Source: Patescibacteria group bacterium
GTDB taxonomy: Bacteria > Patescibacteriota > Patescibacteriia > UBA10025 > JAHIVO01
Direction of reading: 5' to 3'
DNA: 64,000 nt
Assembly: GCA_041660605.1 (NCBI GenBank)
Contig: JBAZWB010000001.1
Location: forward strand, 622,503 to 686,502
This document shows positions 9,982 to 18,753 of this stretch, one piece after another. A program made the position numbers and the translations under genes. How positions within the stretch are numbered: position 1 is the stretch's first letter; each line of letters opens with the position of its first letter. Below the pieces are notes generated by a model. That model was not told where the DNA came from. It made no database searches and saw only the letters and a program-made list of their open reading frames with translations.

Positions 9982-10614
9982 TTATCTTGAATAATATTCG
10001 ATTATTATTGGTGCATTAATATCCCCAGGTAAGTCTTCCTTGGCTGGCTGGCTGATCACTTTAGCTTGTAACTCCTTATCATCAACATAAATGAGCCACT
10101 TTGGCAGATCTTTTTTATTGATTTTTTTTACTAATTCTTCAAAAAATACCTTTTTTTTACTTAAAGGCTTTAAAGTAATAATGTCACCGACTCTTGTCTG
10201 ATATGATGAAATATCCAATTTTTTTCCATTAACAAAAATATGTCCGTGACTTATTAGCTGACTTGCTATACTTCTTGATTTTGTAAGTCCCAAACGGTAA
10301 ATGACATTATCCAGACGTAATTCAAGTAATCGTAAAAAATTATCGCTAGTTTCCCCTTTCAACTGTTTTGCTTTTTTATAGTAATTTGAAAATTGTTTTT
10401 CTAAAATATGGTAAGTTTTTGCAGCGCGCTGTTTTTCTCGGAGCTGCATGCCATATTCAGATAAACGAGAACTTCCTTTTACTCCATGCATACCAGGGGG
10501 ATAGTTCCTTTTTATCATTGCGCATTTTGGAGTAAAGCACCTCTCACCCTTTAAAAATAGTTTTTCCCCTATTCTTCGGCATTGCTTACATTTAGAATTA
10601 AGATTTTTTGCCAT
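9982..10614 (-). CDS. rpsD: 30S ribosomal protein S4 (Zn-binding type)
   Basis: CKQCRR.GEKLFLKGERC, SEYGMQLREKQ, LELRLDNVIYRLG, IIEYYSR. Confidence 0.98.
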   Translation of the reverse strand: MAKNLNSKCKQCRRIGEKLFLKGERCFTPKCAMIKRNYPPGMHGVKGSSRLSEYGMQLREKQRAAKTYHILEKQFSNYYKKAKQLKGETSDNFLRLLELRLDNVIYRLGLTKSRSIASQLISHGHIFVNGKKLDISSYQTRVGDIITLKPLSKKKVFFEELVKKINKKDLPKWLIYVDDKELQAKVISQPAKEDLPGDINAPIIIEYYSR

Positions 10615-10626
10615 ATTTAAATATAT

Positions 10627-11043
10627 TTATACTCGTCTAATTTTTGGAGGCCTACATCCATTATGTGGAATTGGCGTTATGTCTTTAATTGTTAAGACAT
10701 TAATATTATTTGCATTCAGTGCTCTAATAGCCGCTTCTCTGCCCGCACCAACGCCTTTTACAAAAACATCGACAGATTTCAAGCCTTTATTCTTGGCTTT
10801 TTCGGTAACGTCCTTTACTATGATGCTTGCCGCATAAGGTGTAGCTTTTTTAGGGCCTTTGAATCCCATATGTCCGGCAGAAGACCATGAAATAACATCT
10901 CCTTGGGGATTAGTAATGGTAATTATTGTATTATTATATGATGCCTGAATATATGCGCGACCGTGCGTAACAAAAACTTTTTTCTTAGCTTTTGATTTTT
11001 TTGGCTTTATCTTTATTTTAGGTGTATTTTCCTTAGTTTCCAT
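10627..11043 (-). CDS. rpsK: 30S ribosomal protein S11
   Basis: [41 protein letters not shown]. Confidence 0.98.
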   Translation of the reverse strand: METKENTPKIKIKPKKSKAKKKVFVTHGRAYIQASYNNTIITITNPQGDVISWSSAGHMGFKGPKKATPYAASIIVKDVTEKAKNKGLKSVDVFVKGVGAGREAAIRALNANNINVLTIKDITPIPHNGCRPPKIRRV

Positions 11044-11057
11044 TTGATTATATAAAA

Positions 11058-11450
11058 TTATTTTTTATCTGCAGCGCCACGTCGTCCTGAACCCATTGTT
11101 CTTCTAACATTTCCCCTGACTGTTCGTGAATTAGTTTTTGTTCTCTGCCCCCTGGCAGGTAATCCGTGCGCGTGCCTAGATCCGCGATATGAGCCGATCT
11201 CACGTAAACGCTTGACATTCATTAATATTTCTCGTTTTAATTCGCCTTCGACTTTAAATTTTTTTTCGATTAAATCACGCAGATTATTTACCTCAGCTTC
11301 GCTTAAAAGCTGTGTCTTTTTATGCTGATCAATTTTAGCTTCGGCTAAAATTTTTGAGGAGGTTGTTCTGCCAATACCAAAAATATAAGTTAACGCTATT
11401 AGTATTTCTTTATTTTGTGGCAAAGTTATGCCAGCTATACGTGCAGCCAT
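11058..11450 (-). CDS. rpsM: 30S ribosomal protein S13
   Basis: [36 protein letters not shown]. Confidence 0.98.
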   Translation of the reverse strand: MAARIAGITLPQNKEILIALTYIFGIGRTTSSKILAEAKIDQHKKTQLLSEAEVNNLRDLIEKKFKVEGELKREILMNVKRLREIGSYRGSRHAHGLPARGQRTKTNSRTVRGNVRRTMGSGRRGAADKK

Positions 11451-11455
11451 ATTTA

Positions 11456-11569
11456 TTATCCTTGTCTTTGTTTATGCTTAGGATTAGAACAAATTACATA
11501 AACGCGTTTTTTTCTTCTAACGGTTTGGCACTTAGAGCAAATTTTTTTTACTGATGTTCTTACTTTCAT
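11456..11569 (-). CDS. rpmJ: 50S ribosomal protein L36
   Basis: Below the ORF-track cutoff; hand translation [37 protein letters not shown]; sits between infA and rpsM. Confidence 0.97.
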   Translation of the reverse strand: MKVRTSVKKICSKCQTVRRKKRVYVICSNPKHKQRQG

Positions 11570-11573
11570 AGAA

Positions 11574-11828
11574 CTAGTGTCTATAAATGATTCTTCCTTT
11601 TGTTAAATCATAAGGGGTCATTTCGATAGTTACGTGATCACCTGGTAAAATCCTGATTTTATTAATTCTCAATCTGCCTGATAAATGAGCTTGTATTATA
11701 TGATCATTTTCTAATTTTACTTTAAAATTTGTTGCTGGCAATAATTCCTCGACTGTACCCTCAACTTCAATAAATCCTTTTTTATTCTGCTTAGAATTCA
11801 GTTGCTTATTTTCTTTATTAACTTCCAT
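11574..11828 (-). CDS. infA: Translation initiation factor IF-1
   Basis: [47 protein letters not shown]. Confidence 0.98.
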   Translation of the reverse strand: MEVNKENKQLNSKQNKKGFIEVEGTVEELLPATNFKVKLENDHIIQAHLSGRLRINKIRILPGDHVTIEMTPYDLTKGRIIYRH

Positions 11829-11961
11829 AAATAAAATTTAATTAAAAAAAATTACCTACAATTAAGAGGCAAAAATAAAATAACTAAATAGTTAAATTTT
11901 AAGTCAATTCTTGCCTAAGGCTTGTATTCAGAATAAATAAATTTTCAAACTTGTATGTACA

Positions 11962-11989
11962 ATTATAACAAATCAATTTTTTTTGTCAA
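11962..11989 (-). promoter_or_regulatory. sigma70-type promoter of the infA-rpoA operon
   Basis: TTGACA-N16-TATAAT on minus strand with extended -10 (TGt TATAAT); AT-rich upstream tract. Confidence 0.8.
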
Positions 11990-12044
11990 CACTAATTATT
12001 TATTAATTTCTTATACATTTAAATTTAGCTAATATTAGGTAAAT

Positions 12045-13859
12045 TTATTGTAAAATTGCTTTAATCCGTCGTATTCCAGCCGAAGAAGATTTTTCAGTAG
12101 TAATTTTAAAAAGTCCTAATTCATTTGTGTTTTTTACGTGTGGGCCACCGCAAATTTCCTTCGAAAAGTCCCCGATAGAATATACTTTAACTTTTTCGGG
12201 GTATTTTTCCTTGAAAAAAGCCAAAGCACCATTTTTTACTGCTTCAGTATAAGTCATATTTTGACAATTTATCGGTAATGCCTCTTTAATCTTTTTATTT
12301 ACTAAATTTTCAATTTTGTTTTTTTCTTCTTCAGAAATTTTGCCAGGATGCTCGAAATCAAATCTTAACCTTTCTAGATTTATATCAGAACCCTGCTGGC
12401 GCACATGATTGCCTAATATTTCTCTTAATGCCTGATGCAGCAGATGAGTAGCGGTATGATATTTTGTTATCTGATTTTTTTCTTTAGCGGTCCATTCAGA
12501 ACTGTTTATGCCATGACCACCAAATTTCGATTTAACGTCAGCTCGGGATAAATGTTGATGTTCTGCGATTTTTTTATCAAATTCTGCCTGATTAAAATCA
12601 AATCCTTTCCGGTGTAAGCGGTCAGATGATATTCCATAGGTTGAATATAAAATAAACGCCTCTTCAGCACTGATATGCTGCTGTGATAATTGTGGTTCTT
12701 TTTTTGTATTATTTAACTGGATATTCTTTAACTTACTTACGATTTGGAATACGTCTAAATCTAGAATTTTTTTATAAGCTATAAGCTCTCTAGCCATCTG
12801 CGATTTTATTGTATTTTCGTGTGTTTTTAAATCATGATACTGATCCTGATAGATTTTTATGACACAATCCGCATATTCTGAAACATTAATGTCATTGTAA
12901 ATAAACTGGTCAAGAGCACGACGAAAAATCCTTCGTAAAATGTAGCCTTGCTCCTTATTGCTAAATGAAATCCCATCAGCCAATAAAAACACACTGCCTT
13001 TTAAATGATCAGCGGCAATTTTACTGCGTACATCATCTTCCATTGTGCCTAAATAGCCAAATTGCTTATCTTTCTTTATCTGCAATAATAAAGGTTTAAA
13101 CAGGTCAGTGGCAAAAATATTTTCTTTTTTTTGCAAAATTAAAGCCAATCTTTCCAAACCCATTCCAGTGTCTATATTTTTTGTCGGTAATGCTGTAAGT
13201 TTCTTTTTTTCATCCAGGTTGAATTGCATGAATACCAGATTCCACAGTTCCATAAACCTTCCGCAGCGACAATTTGGCAGGCATTTATCTTTTAATTCGC
13301 AGGGCTGGCCGGTAAAATCATAATGTATCTCAGAACATGGACCGCAAGGTCCGGTTTTACCTGGCGGGCCCCACCAGTTTTCGCTCTTACCAAATTCGAT
13401 TATTTTTTCTTTTGGCAGGTACTTGAGCCAAATATTATAAGTTTCGATATCTTTCTTTGAATTTGAATCGCCGGAATAATAGGTAGCCCATAATTTTTTT
13501 AAATTGATACGTAATTCACTTTTTAAAAAAATCCAGGCATATTTTATAGCTTCGTTTTTAAAATAAAGGTTAAATGAAAAATTGCCAAGCATCTCAAAAA
13601 ATGTATTGTGGATATTATCCCCTACCTGATCTATATCAGAAGTTCTGAAGCATTTTTGGATTGAAACTAATTTCTGTGAATTATAAATCTGCTGAGTATT
13701 TTTTGCTCCGAGGAAAAAAGGCTTGAACTGCTGCATGCCTGCAGTTGTAAGCAATACTGATGGGTCATCCTGTGGCCAAAGAGAAGAAGACGGTACTTCA
13801 ATATGACCGGCTTTTTTGTAGTAGTGTATAAATATTTTTCTGATTTTTTCTGAAGTCAT
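12045..13859 (-). CDS. alaS: Alanine--tRNA ligase, compact form without C-Ala domain
   Basis: LLTTAGMQQFKP, QKCFRT.DI..VG...HNTFFEMLGNFSF, GPCGPCSEI, IDTGMGLER, HTATHLLH, EICGGPHV; ends GIRRIKA. Confidence 0.96.
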   Translation of the reverse strand: MTSEKIRKIFIHYYKKAGHIEVPSSSLWPQDDPSVLLTTAGMQQFKPFFLGAKNTQQIYNSQKLVSIQKCFRTSDIDQVGDNIHNTFFEMLGNFSFNLYFKNEAIKYAWIFLKSELRINLKKLWATYYSGDSNSKKDIETYNIWLKYLPKEKIIEFGKSENWWGPPGKTGPCGPCSEIHYDFTGQPCELKDKCLPNCRCGRFMELWNLVFMQFNLDEKKKLTALPTKNIDTGMGLERLALILQKKENIFATDLFKPLLLQIKKDKQFGYLGTMEDDVRSKIAADHLKGSVFLLADGISFSNKEQGYILRRIFRRALDQFIYNDINVSEYADCVIKIYQDQYHDLKTHENTIKSQMARELIAYKKILDLDVFQIVSKLKNIQLNNTKKEPQLSQQHISAEEAFILYSTYGISSDRLHRKGFDFNQAEFDKKIAEHQHLSRADVKSKFGGHGINSSEWTAKEKNQITKYHTATHLLHQALREILGNHVRQQGSDINLERLRFDFEHPGKISEEEKNKIENLVNKKIKEALPINCQNMTYTEAVKNGALAFFKEKYPEKVKVYSIGDFSKEICGGPHVKNTNELGLFKITTEKSSSAGIRRIKAILQ

Positions 13860-13917
13860 TGTTTAATGATAAGTAATCTAGTAATATTTGTAAATATTTG
13901 ATTTGTGTCGTAAAATA

Positions 13918-14985
13918 CTATTTTATTATTGCACCACCACCCAGCATTCTCTTACCTTGGTACAATACAATAAATTGGCCTGGCGTAATTGCTCTTTGTT
14001 TTTTATTAAATGTTAATTGATAATAATTATTTGATTTGTTGACTTTACATGCCTGCAAAGGCTGCCTGTACCTGATTCTGGCTTTGCATAAAATTGGAAA
14101 GTGCGTGGTTTTATTTATCCAATTTATTTTTTTTATTACCGCACAATTTTTATACAATTTGCTTTTCAACGAATCATTACAAACAACCAAAATATTTGTT
14201 TTAAATTTCTTTTCGCAGACATAATATGGCTTTTTTGCAGCTATATTTATACCATGTCTCTGCCCTATAGTGAAGAATGGAAGCCCGTCGTGTTTTCCGA
14301 GAACGACGTTTTTTTCGTCTTTTATAAGCCCTGGTTTAATATTGATAAATTTTTTAATAAAATCTGAAAATTTTACTTTTCCAATAAAACAGATTCCCTG
14401 ACTGTCTTTTTTATCATATACCGGCAATCTGTATTTTTTCGCAATTTTTCTGACTTCCTGTTTTTTAAACCGGCCCAGAGGAAACAATGAGTGATGAAGT
14501 TGTTTTTGAGTTAATAATGACAAAAAATAAGACTGATCCTTTTTTTTATCTATTGCTTGTAATAATGTATATTCACTGTTTTTGAGTACTTTTTTCTGAA
14601 CATAATGGCCAGTTGCAATAAAATCTGCTCCCATTTTTTTTGCCTTTTCCAGAAAAACTTGAAACTTTATCTCCTTATTGCACAGCATGTCGGGATTTGG
14701 AGTTATTCCATCTTTATACCCATTAATTAAGTAATTTACAACCTTTTTTCTGTATTGCTCTTCAAAAATTTCAATTTTTCCAGGTATCTGTATTTTTTTA
14801 CAAACTGCTTTAAAATCAGCTATATCGTCTTTCCAAACGCATTGATCAGCCAATGGGTCAGACCAATTCTTCATATATACCCCAGTTACATCATACCCCT
14901 GTTTTTTTAGTAAAAGGGCGGCAACAGAAGAGTCTACGCCGCCTGACATTGCGACAAATACATGACTTTTTTTTTCTTTATTCAT
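13918..14985 (-). CDS. mnmA: tRNA 2-thiouridine(34) synthase
   Basis: VAMSGGVDSSVAA, TPNPDMLCN.EIKF, ATGHY, KDQSYFL, KKDSQGICFIG, RAITPGQ. Confidence 0.97.
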   Translation of the reverse strand: MNKEKKSHVFVAMSGGVDSSVAALLLKKQGYDVTGVYMKNWSDPLADQCVWKDDIADFKAVCKKIQIPGKIEIFEEQYRKKVVNYLINGYKDGITPNPDMLCNKEIKFQVFLEKAKKMGADFIATGHYVQKKVLKNSEYTLLQAIDKKKDQSYFLSLLTQKQLHHSLFPLGRFKKQEVRKIAKKYRLPVYDKKDSQGICFIGKVKFSDFIKKFINIKPGLIKDEKNVVLGKHDGLPFFTIGQRHGINIAAKKPYYVCEKKFKTNILVVCNDSLKSKLYKNCAVIKKINWINKTTHFPILCKARIRYRQPLQACKVNKSNNYYQLTFNKKQRAITPGQFIVLYQGKRMLGGGAIIK

Positions 14986-14987
14986 TT

Positions 14988-16283
14988 TCAAATATTTTCA
15001 ATTACTTCTCTGATGTTTTTCATTATTAAAGAATTGTAGTCAGATTCAGTAATATTTGACGCAGCGAGAATGGCATTTTGGGGTTTATGATTTCTTCTTC
15101 TCTGATATTTTCTTGGGTAGTTATTTTCAATACTGCCATTTGAAAATATATAAACATTAATCCTTTTTAATTTATTAATTAATTCAATTTCTGATTCTGC
15201 AAAACGTCCTTTAATGACTTTTTGGATGACTTTTATTGCGGTATCATAGAGCGCGTCACGATCCAGTAGTACAATAAATGGAATATTGAACATTTCCAGC
15301 AAATCGGCATAAATATCAATATTACTCTTACCATAGGTTTGAATTACTTTGATATTTTTTTCTCCGTGATAAAATCGGTCAATCATCGATCGCATTAAAA
15401 TATGATCAGAGGGTCCCTCTACCAGCAAGACTTTGTCCGCAAAAAACATCTCGCAATTTTCGGCATTTAGCTCCTGTTTTAACCGATCGTAATTAATTTT
15501 TTTACCCAGTAACCTTGGAGAGTATACGTGAATTGATTTTTCATCCCTGGTTACTCTGAATAGTCGATGTAAATTTGTGGTATGAATGAAAATTGGCGAA
15601 TGTGTTGTTAAAAAAATCTGGTCAAAATTATTTTCATTTTCGATGATATCAAGTAATTTTTTTACTAAGGCAGGATGCAGATGAATTTCCGGCTCTTCTA
15701 AGAGCAAAATCGTGTATTGGGGATGAAATAAATATAATAAAATCGTGAAAACTGATTTAAATCCATCTCCTAAATTATTGAAGATTTCAGCCATATTATC
15801 GCTTGACCTGACAAAAATATCATCGGTAATCAAAAGCTTGGGTATTTTTTCGTTTAATAGTTCCGTAAAACGCTTGAATTCATCAGGATATTTTTCCTTA
15901 AAATTCAGATAATCTTTTCTAATTAAATTGACATCAGGAGGGTTTGTAGCTCTTAGACGGATAATGCATCTTTTAAGAATATTTTGCGCTTTTAATAGAG
16001 TAATTTTTTCACCGTCAAGATAAAAAACCTTTAAATTGCCTCGCTGATGTAATTCTAATTCTGTGCCAAGATCACTGGTAAGGCTGAATAAAGCATCAAT
16101 TCTTGCATTCTTGTCGCATAATTTTATATTTTTTGTTGAATACAGCTGATTTATGGCATCAAGAATACTGGTTTTACCAACATTATTCTGACCTATGAAA
16201 ATATGGATTTTACCAGGGTTTTTTAAATAAAATGGATCATTTATACCTCTGTATTTCTGAATATTCAATTCTTTTATACGCAT
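14988..16283 (-). CDS. OLD-family ATP-dependent nuclease (ABC-type ATPase plus TOPRIM)
   Basis: Walker A GQNNVGKT, LGDG signature, Walker B LLLEEPEIHLHP, LTTHSP; TOPRIM FFADKVLLVEGPSD and LLDRD. Confidence 0.88.
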   Translation of the reverse strand: MRIKELNIQKYRGINDPFYLKNPGKIHIFIGQNNVGKTSILDAINQLYSTKNIKLCDKNARIDALFSLTSDLGTELELHQRGNLKVFYLDGEKITLLKAQNILKRCIIRLRATNPPDVNLIRKDYLNFKEKYPDEFKRFTELLNEKIPKLLITDDIFVRSSDNMAEIFNNLGDGFKSVFTILLYLFHPQYTILLLEEPEIHLHPALVKKLLDIIENENNFDQIFLTTHSPIFIHTTNLHRLFRVTRDEKSIHVYSPRLLGKKINYDRLKQELNAENCEMFFADKVLLVEGPSDHILMRSMIDRFYHGEKNIKVIQTYGKSNIDIYADLLEMFNIPFIVLLDRDALYDTAIKVIQKVIKGRFAESEIELINKLKRINVYIFSNGSIENNYPRKYQRRRNHKPQNAILAASNITESDYNSLIMKNIREVIENI

Positions 16284-16318
16284 AAGATTCCTGAATTTAT
16301 TTATAGTATATTATTAAA

Positions 16319-16774
16319 TTAATAAAGCCGTTCAACAGTTAATTTTTTATAAAATAAACTTAGTGATTTCACTTGCTGTTCGTTTGGTTCAATTAATGGT
16401 CTTTTGGTTTTTATTTTTTTAATCGCTTTTTCGGGCTTCATATTGTCTCTCATTACAAAATAGGCTGCTACTAATGTTGGCGAACGACCTTCGCCTGCAC
16501 GACAGTGAATATAGCATTTCATTTTATTTTTTACTGAATTTGCGATAAAATCGGCTCCGATTTTCAGTTGAATCTGAGATGGTGCAGTAAAATCATATAC
16601 CGGCAGCCAGAGAAAGCCAATAACACTGGACGGAGTATCTTCTTTTTCTTCCTGCAGATCAACATCGGTTTTTATGCCTATTTTTAGCAATTGCTGAAAA
16701 TGCTTCTTGCAGCAGATAGATGTGCCAATATAAATATATTTTTCAATCTGTGAATATTCCAAATGACGTTTCAT
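16319..16774 (-). CDS. Dual-specificity/tyrosine phosphatase family protein
   Basis: CX5R loop YIHCRAGEGRS; LPVYD acid loop; KRPLIEPN..Q. Confidence 0.9.
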   Translation of the reverse strand: MKRHLEYSQIEKYIYIGTSICCKKHFQQLLKIGIKTDVDLQEEKEDTPSSVIGFLWLPVYDFTAPSQIQLKIGADFIANSVKNKMKCYIHCRAGEGRSPTLVAAYFVMRDNMKPEKAIKKIKTKRPLIEPNEQQVKSLSLFYKKLTVERLY

Positions 16775-16825
16775 AACATTCTACATATGAATTAATTTAT
16801 TTCTTCAATGATATTCAGCAATCAT

Positions 16826-17995
16826 TTATATAGATGATAAGCTAATCGAGCCTGTACCAATTTCCAAAGTAAAATCAATCTTTTTTAAACCCTTATCGTA
16901 ATTTTCTGAAAAAAATGTTTCATCCTCAGCAATTTTCATATCGTTAACTTTTATACTGCCAGTGCCTACGGATGATTTAATACTATAGGAAACATCAATT
17001 GGAACGCTTATCTTTAACTCCCCTGTCCCGCCGCTAATGTCAGCATTTATTAATTTGGTTTCTGAATTTCCCTCAAAACCTAATTTAACCGAGCCTGTAC
17101 CGAATTCTCCCGTTATACTTGTTAAATTTTCGCTACCTAAACCGGCGATAATTAATCGGCCTGTTCCCACGTCGAAACTCAGACTGGAACTAAGCGGATT
17201 CGTACCGCTAAAATTAACATTCATTTCGCCTGTCCCAACTTTAGCATCGAAGTGCGACATTGACTGATTATTCAGGTATATTTCTGAATTTCCGGTGCCA
17301 ATATTCAAATCTAAATCCGTATCAATTTCCGAAAAACCTAGATTTACATTATAATCTGATTTTGTACCACCCCAGCCGAATATACTGAAGGCGCCATTAT
17401 TTTTATTTGAGTAGTCCAAGTTTAGACTATCATTGCTATAAACCTCAGACAATGTGGGCTCTAAATTTTGGTAATTGTATGTGGCCGTAGAAGTAAAATA
17501 GTTTTCTTTATCCGGACTATTTGACAAATTAAATTTTCCAATTCCTAATTCAGTTACTAAACTAATTTTTTTTAGATTATCGTATTTAATTTTTGGTATA
17601 TTAAATTGTTTTGTAGTTGTCTGAATTTTTTTATTGTTAAATGTAAAATTCCAGTTACTGGTAACCAATCCAAAATTATCAGCGAATATACCCGCAAACA
17701 GCGTAAAAATTATGCTTAATATTAATATTATTATTAATAAAAAAATAACCCAGGCTCCAATTTTATTTCTGCTAAAAATCATGCCCAAGCCAATTATGAT
17801 TATTAATATTGGCCAAACATATGACCAGTTTATATCAATACCTAAATTGGATAATAGCAGCAATAGTCCAAGCATTATCAAAATCAATGGCCCAAAAATT
17901 GACTTCTTTTTATTTGTAGTTTTCACATTTGAATCTGGACTTTTTTGATCTGGATTGTTTATCGTTTTATCATTATTCAATGGCTCACTGACCAT
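16826..17995 (-). CDS. LiaF/LiaG-like membrane protein with extracellular beta-solenoid (toast-rack) repeats
   Basis: GPLILIMLGLLLLLSNLG...WPILIIIIG TM motif, then repeated (I/V)GTG.(L/M).(I/V) units. Confidence 0.7.
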   Translation of the reverse strand: MVSEPLNNDKTINNPDQKSPDSNVKTTNKKKSIFGPLILIMLGLLLLLSNLGIDINWSYVWPILIIIIGLGMIFSRNKIGAWVIFLLIIILILSIIFTLFAGIFADNFGLVTSNWNFTFNNKKIQTTTKQFNIPKIKYDNLKKISLVTELGIGKFNLSNSPDKENYFTSTATYNYQNLEPTLSEVYSNDSLNLDYSNKNNGAFSIFGWGGTKSDYNVNLGFSEIDTDLDLNIGTGNSEIYLNNQSMSHFDAKVGTGEMNVNFSGTNPLSSSLSFDVGTGRLIIAGLGSENLTSITGEFGTGSVKLGFEGNSETKLINADISGGTGELKISVPIDVSYSIKSSVGTGSIKVNDMKIAEDETFFSENYDKGLKKIDFTLEIGTGSISLSSI

Positions 17996-18002
17996 AATTA
18001 AT

Positions 18003-18194
18003 TTAACTTATTTTATTATTTGAGTCAGAATTTCTATAAATCAGATAAATGCCAATAATTATTATTATCACAGGTAACCAAATATTTTCCACCCACTGAT
18101 AGCCAAGATTGCCTAATAACCAAAAAATTCCAGTAATTATCATAATTATTGGCCAAAAAGATATTTTAACTTTTTTCAAATTGCTATCACTCAT
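18003..18194 (-). CDS. Small LiaI/LiaF-TM-like (DUF5668-like) membrane protein
   Basis: FWPIIMIITGIFWLLGNLG...WLPVIIIIIG. Confidence 0.6.
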   Translation of the reverse strand: MSDSNLKKVKISFWPIIMIITGIFWLLGNLGYQWVENIWLPVIIIIIGIYLIYRNSDSNNKIS

Positions 18195-18690
18195 TTTTCT
18201 CAAACTCTTCCTGATGATTTTCTAGCTTATTTCTTTTATACAATAAAAATAAACCGGCAATTATTATTATTATAGGCCACCATTTGCCATCGGTAACCGT
18301 GCTGAGAAGTACTATGGCGGAGACGGTAGTCAAGATCCAGCCAGGTATTAGATAACCTCTATTCTTTTTTTGTGGGAAATAATAAGCGCAAAAGAAACCC
18401 AGGCCTATTGCCAGGGTAAACAAGAAGGAAGTTTCGCCGGCAAACTTATAATTTGTATATTCATTATAAAAAAAGTATAAACTATATATTATTAATATCG
18501 TACCTGGTATCAATAAGCCGCCGTCTCTATTTTTATTCCAAAAAAATATCACCCATAATGCTATGCCAGGCAAAAGTAAAAAAATAGGCCAAAATGAGCC
18601 AAAATTTATATCTAATCCAAATTGATCAGCCAGCAATAATAGTCCTAGAGCGATCATTACAACTCCCCAAAATATTCTTGATTTAGACAT
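18187..18690 (-). CDS. LiaI/LiaF-TM-like multi-pass membrane protein
   Basis: FWGVVMIALGLLLLADQFG...FWPIFLLLPG; repeated LIPG.IL; WWPIIIIIAG. Confidence 0.65.
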   Translation of the reverse strand: MSKSRIFWGVVMIALGLLLLADQFGLDINFGSFWPIFLLLPGIALWVIFFWNKNRDGGLLIPGTILIIYSLYFFYNEYTNYKFAGETSFLFTLAIGLGFFCAYYFPQKKNRGYLIPGWILTTVSAIVLLSTVTDGKWWPIIIIIAGLFLLYKRNKLENHQEEFEKNE

Positions 18691-18753
18691 ATCGAAAATA
18701 GATTATGTTCTAAACATAGCACATAATTTCCAATTTTTCAATAATCACTAATT

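Noticed and set aside
11829-12044. Possible ncRNA or riboswitch in the largest intergenic gap
   Set aside because: Very AT-rich with no convincing stems; explained by the infA operon promoter and leader.
14988-16283. Gabija or retron system
   Set aside because: No UvrD-like GajB, reverse transcriptase or ncRNA is adjacent.
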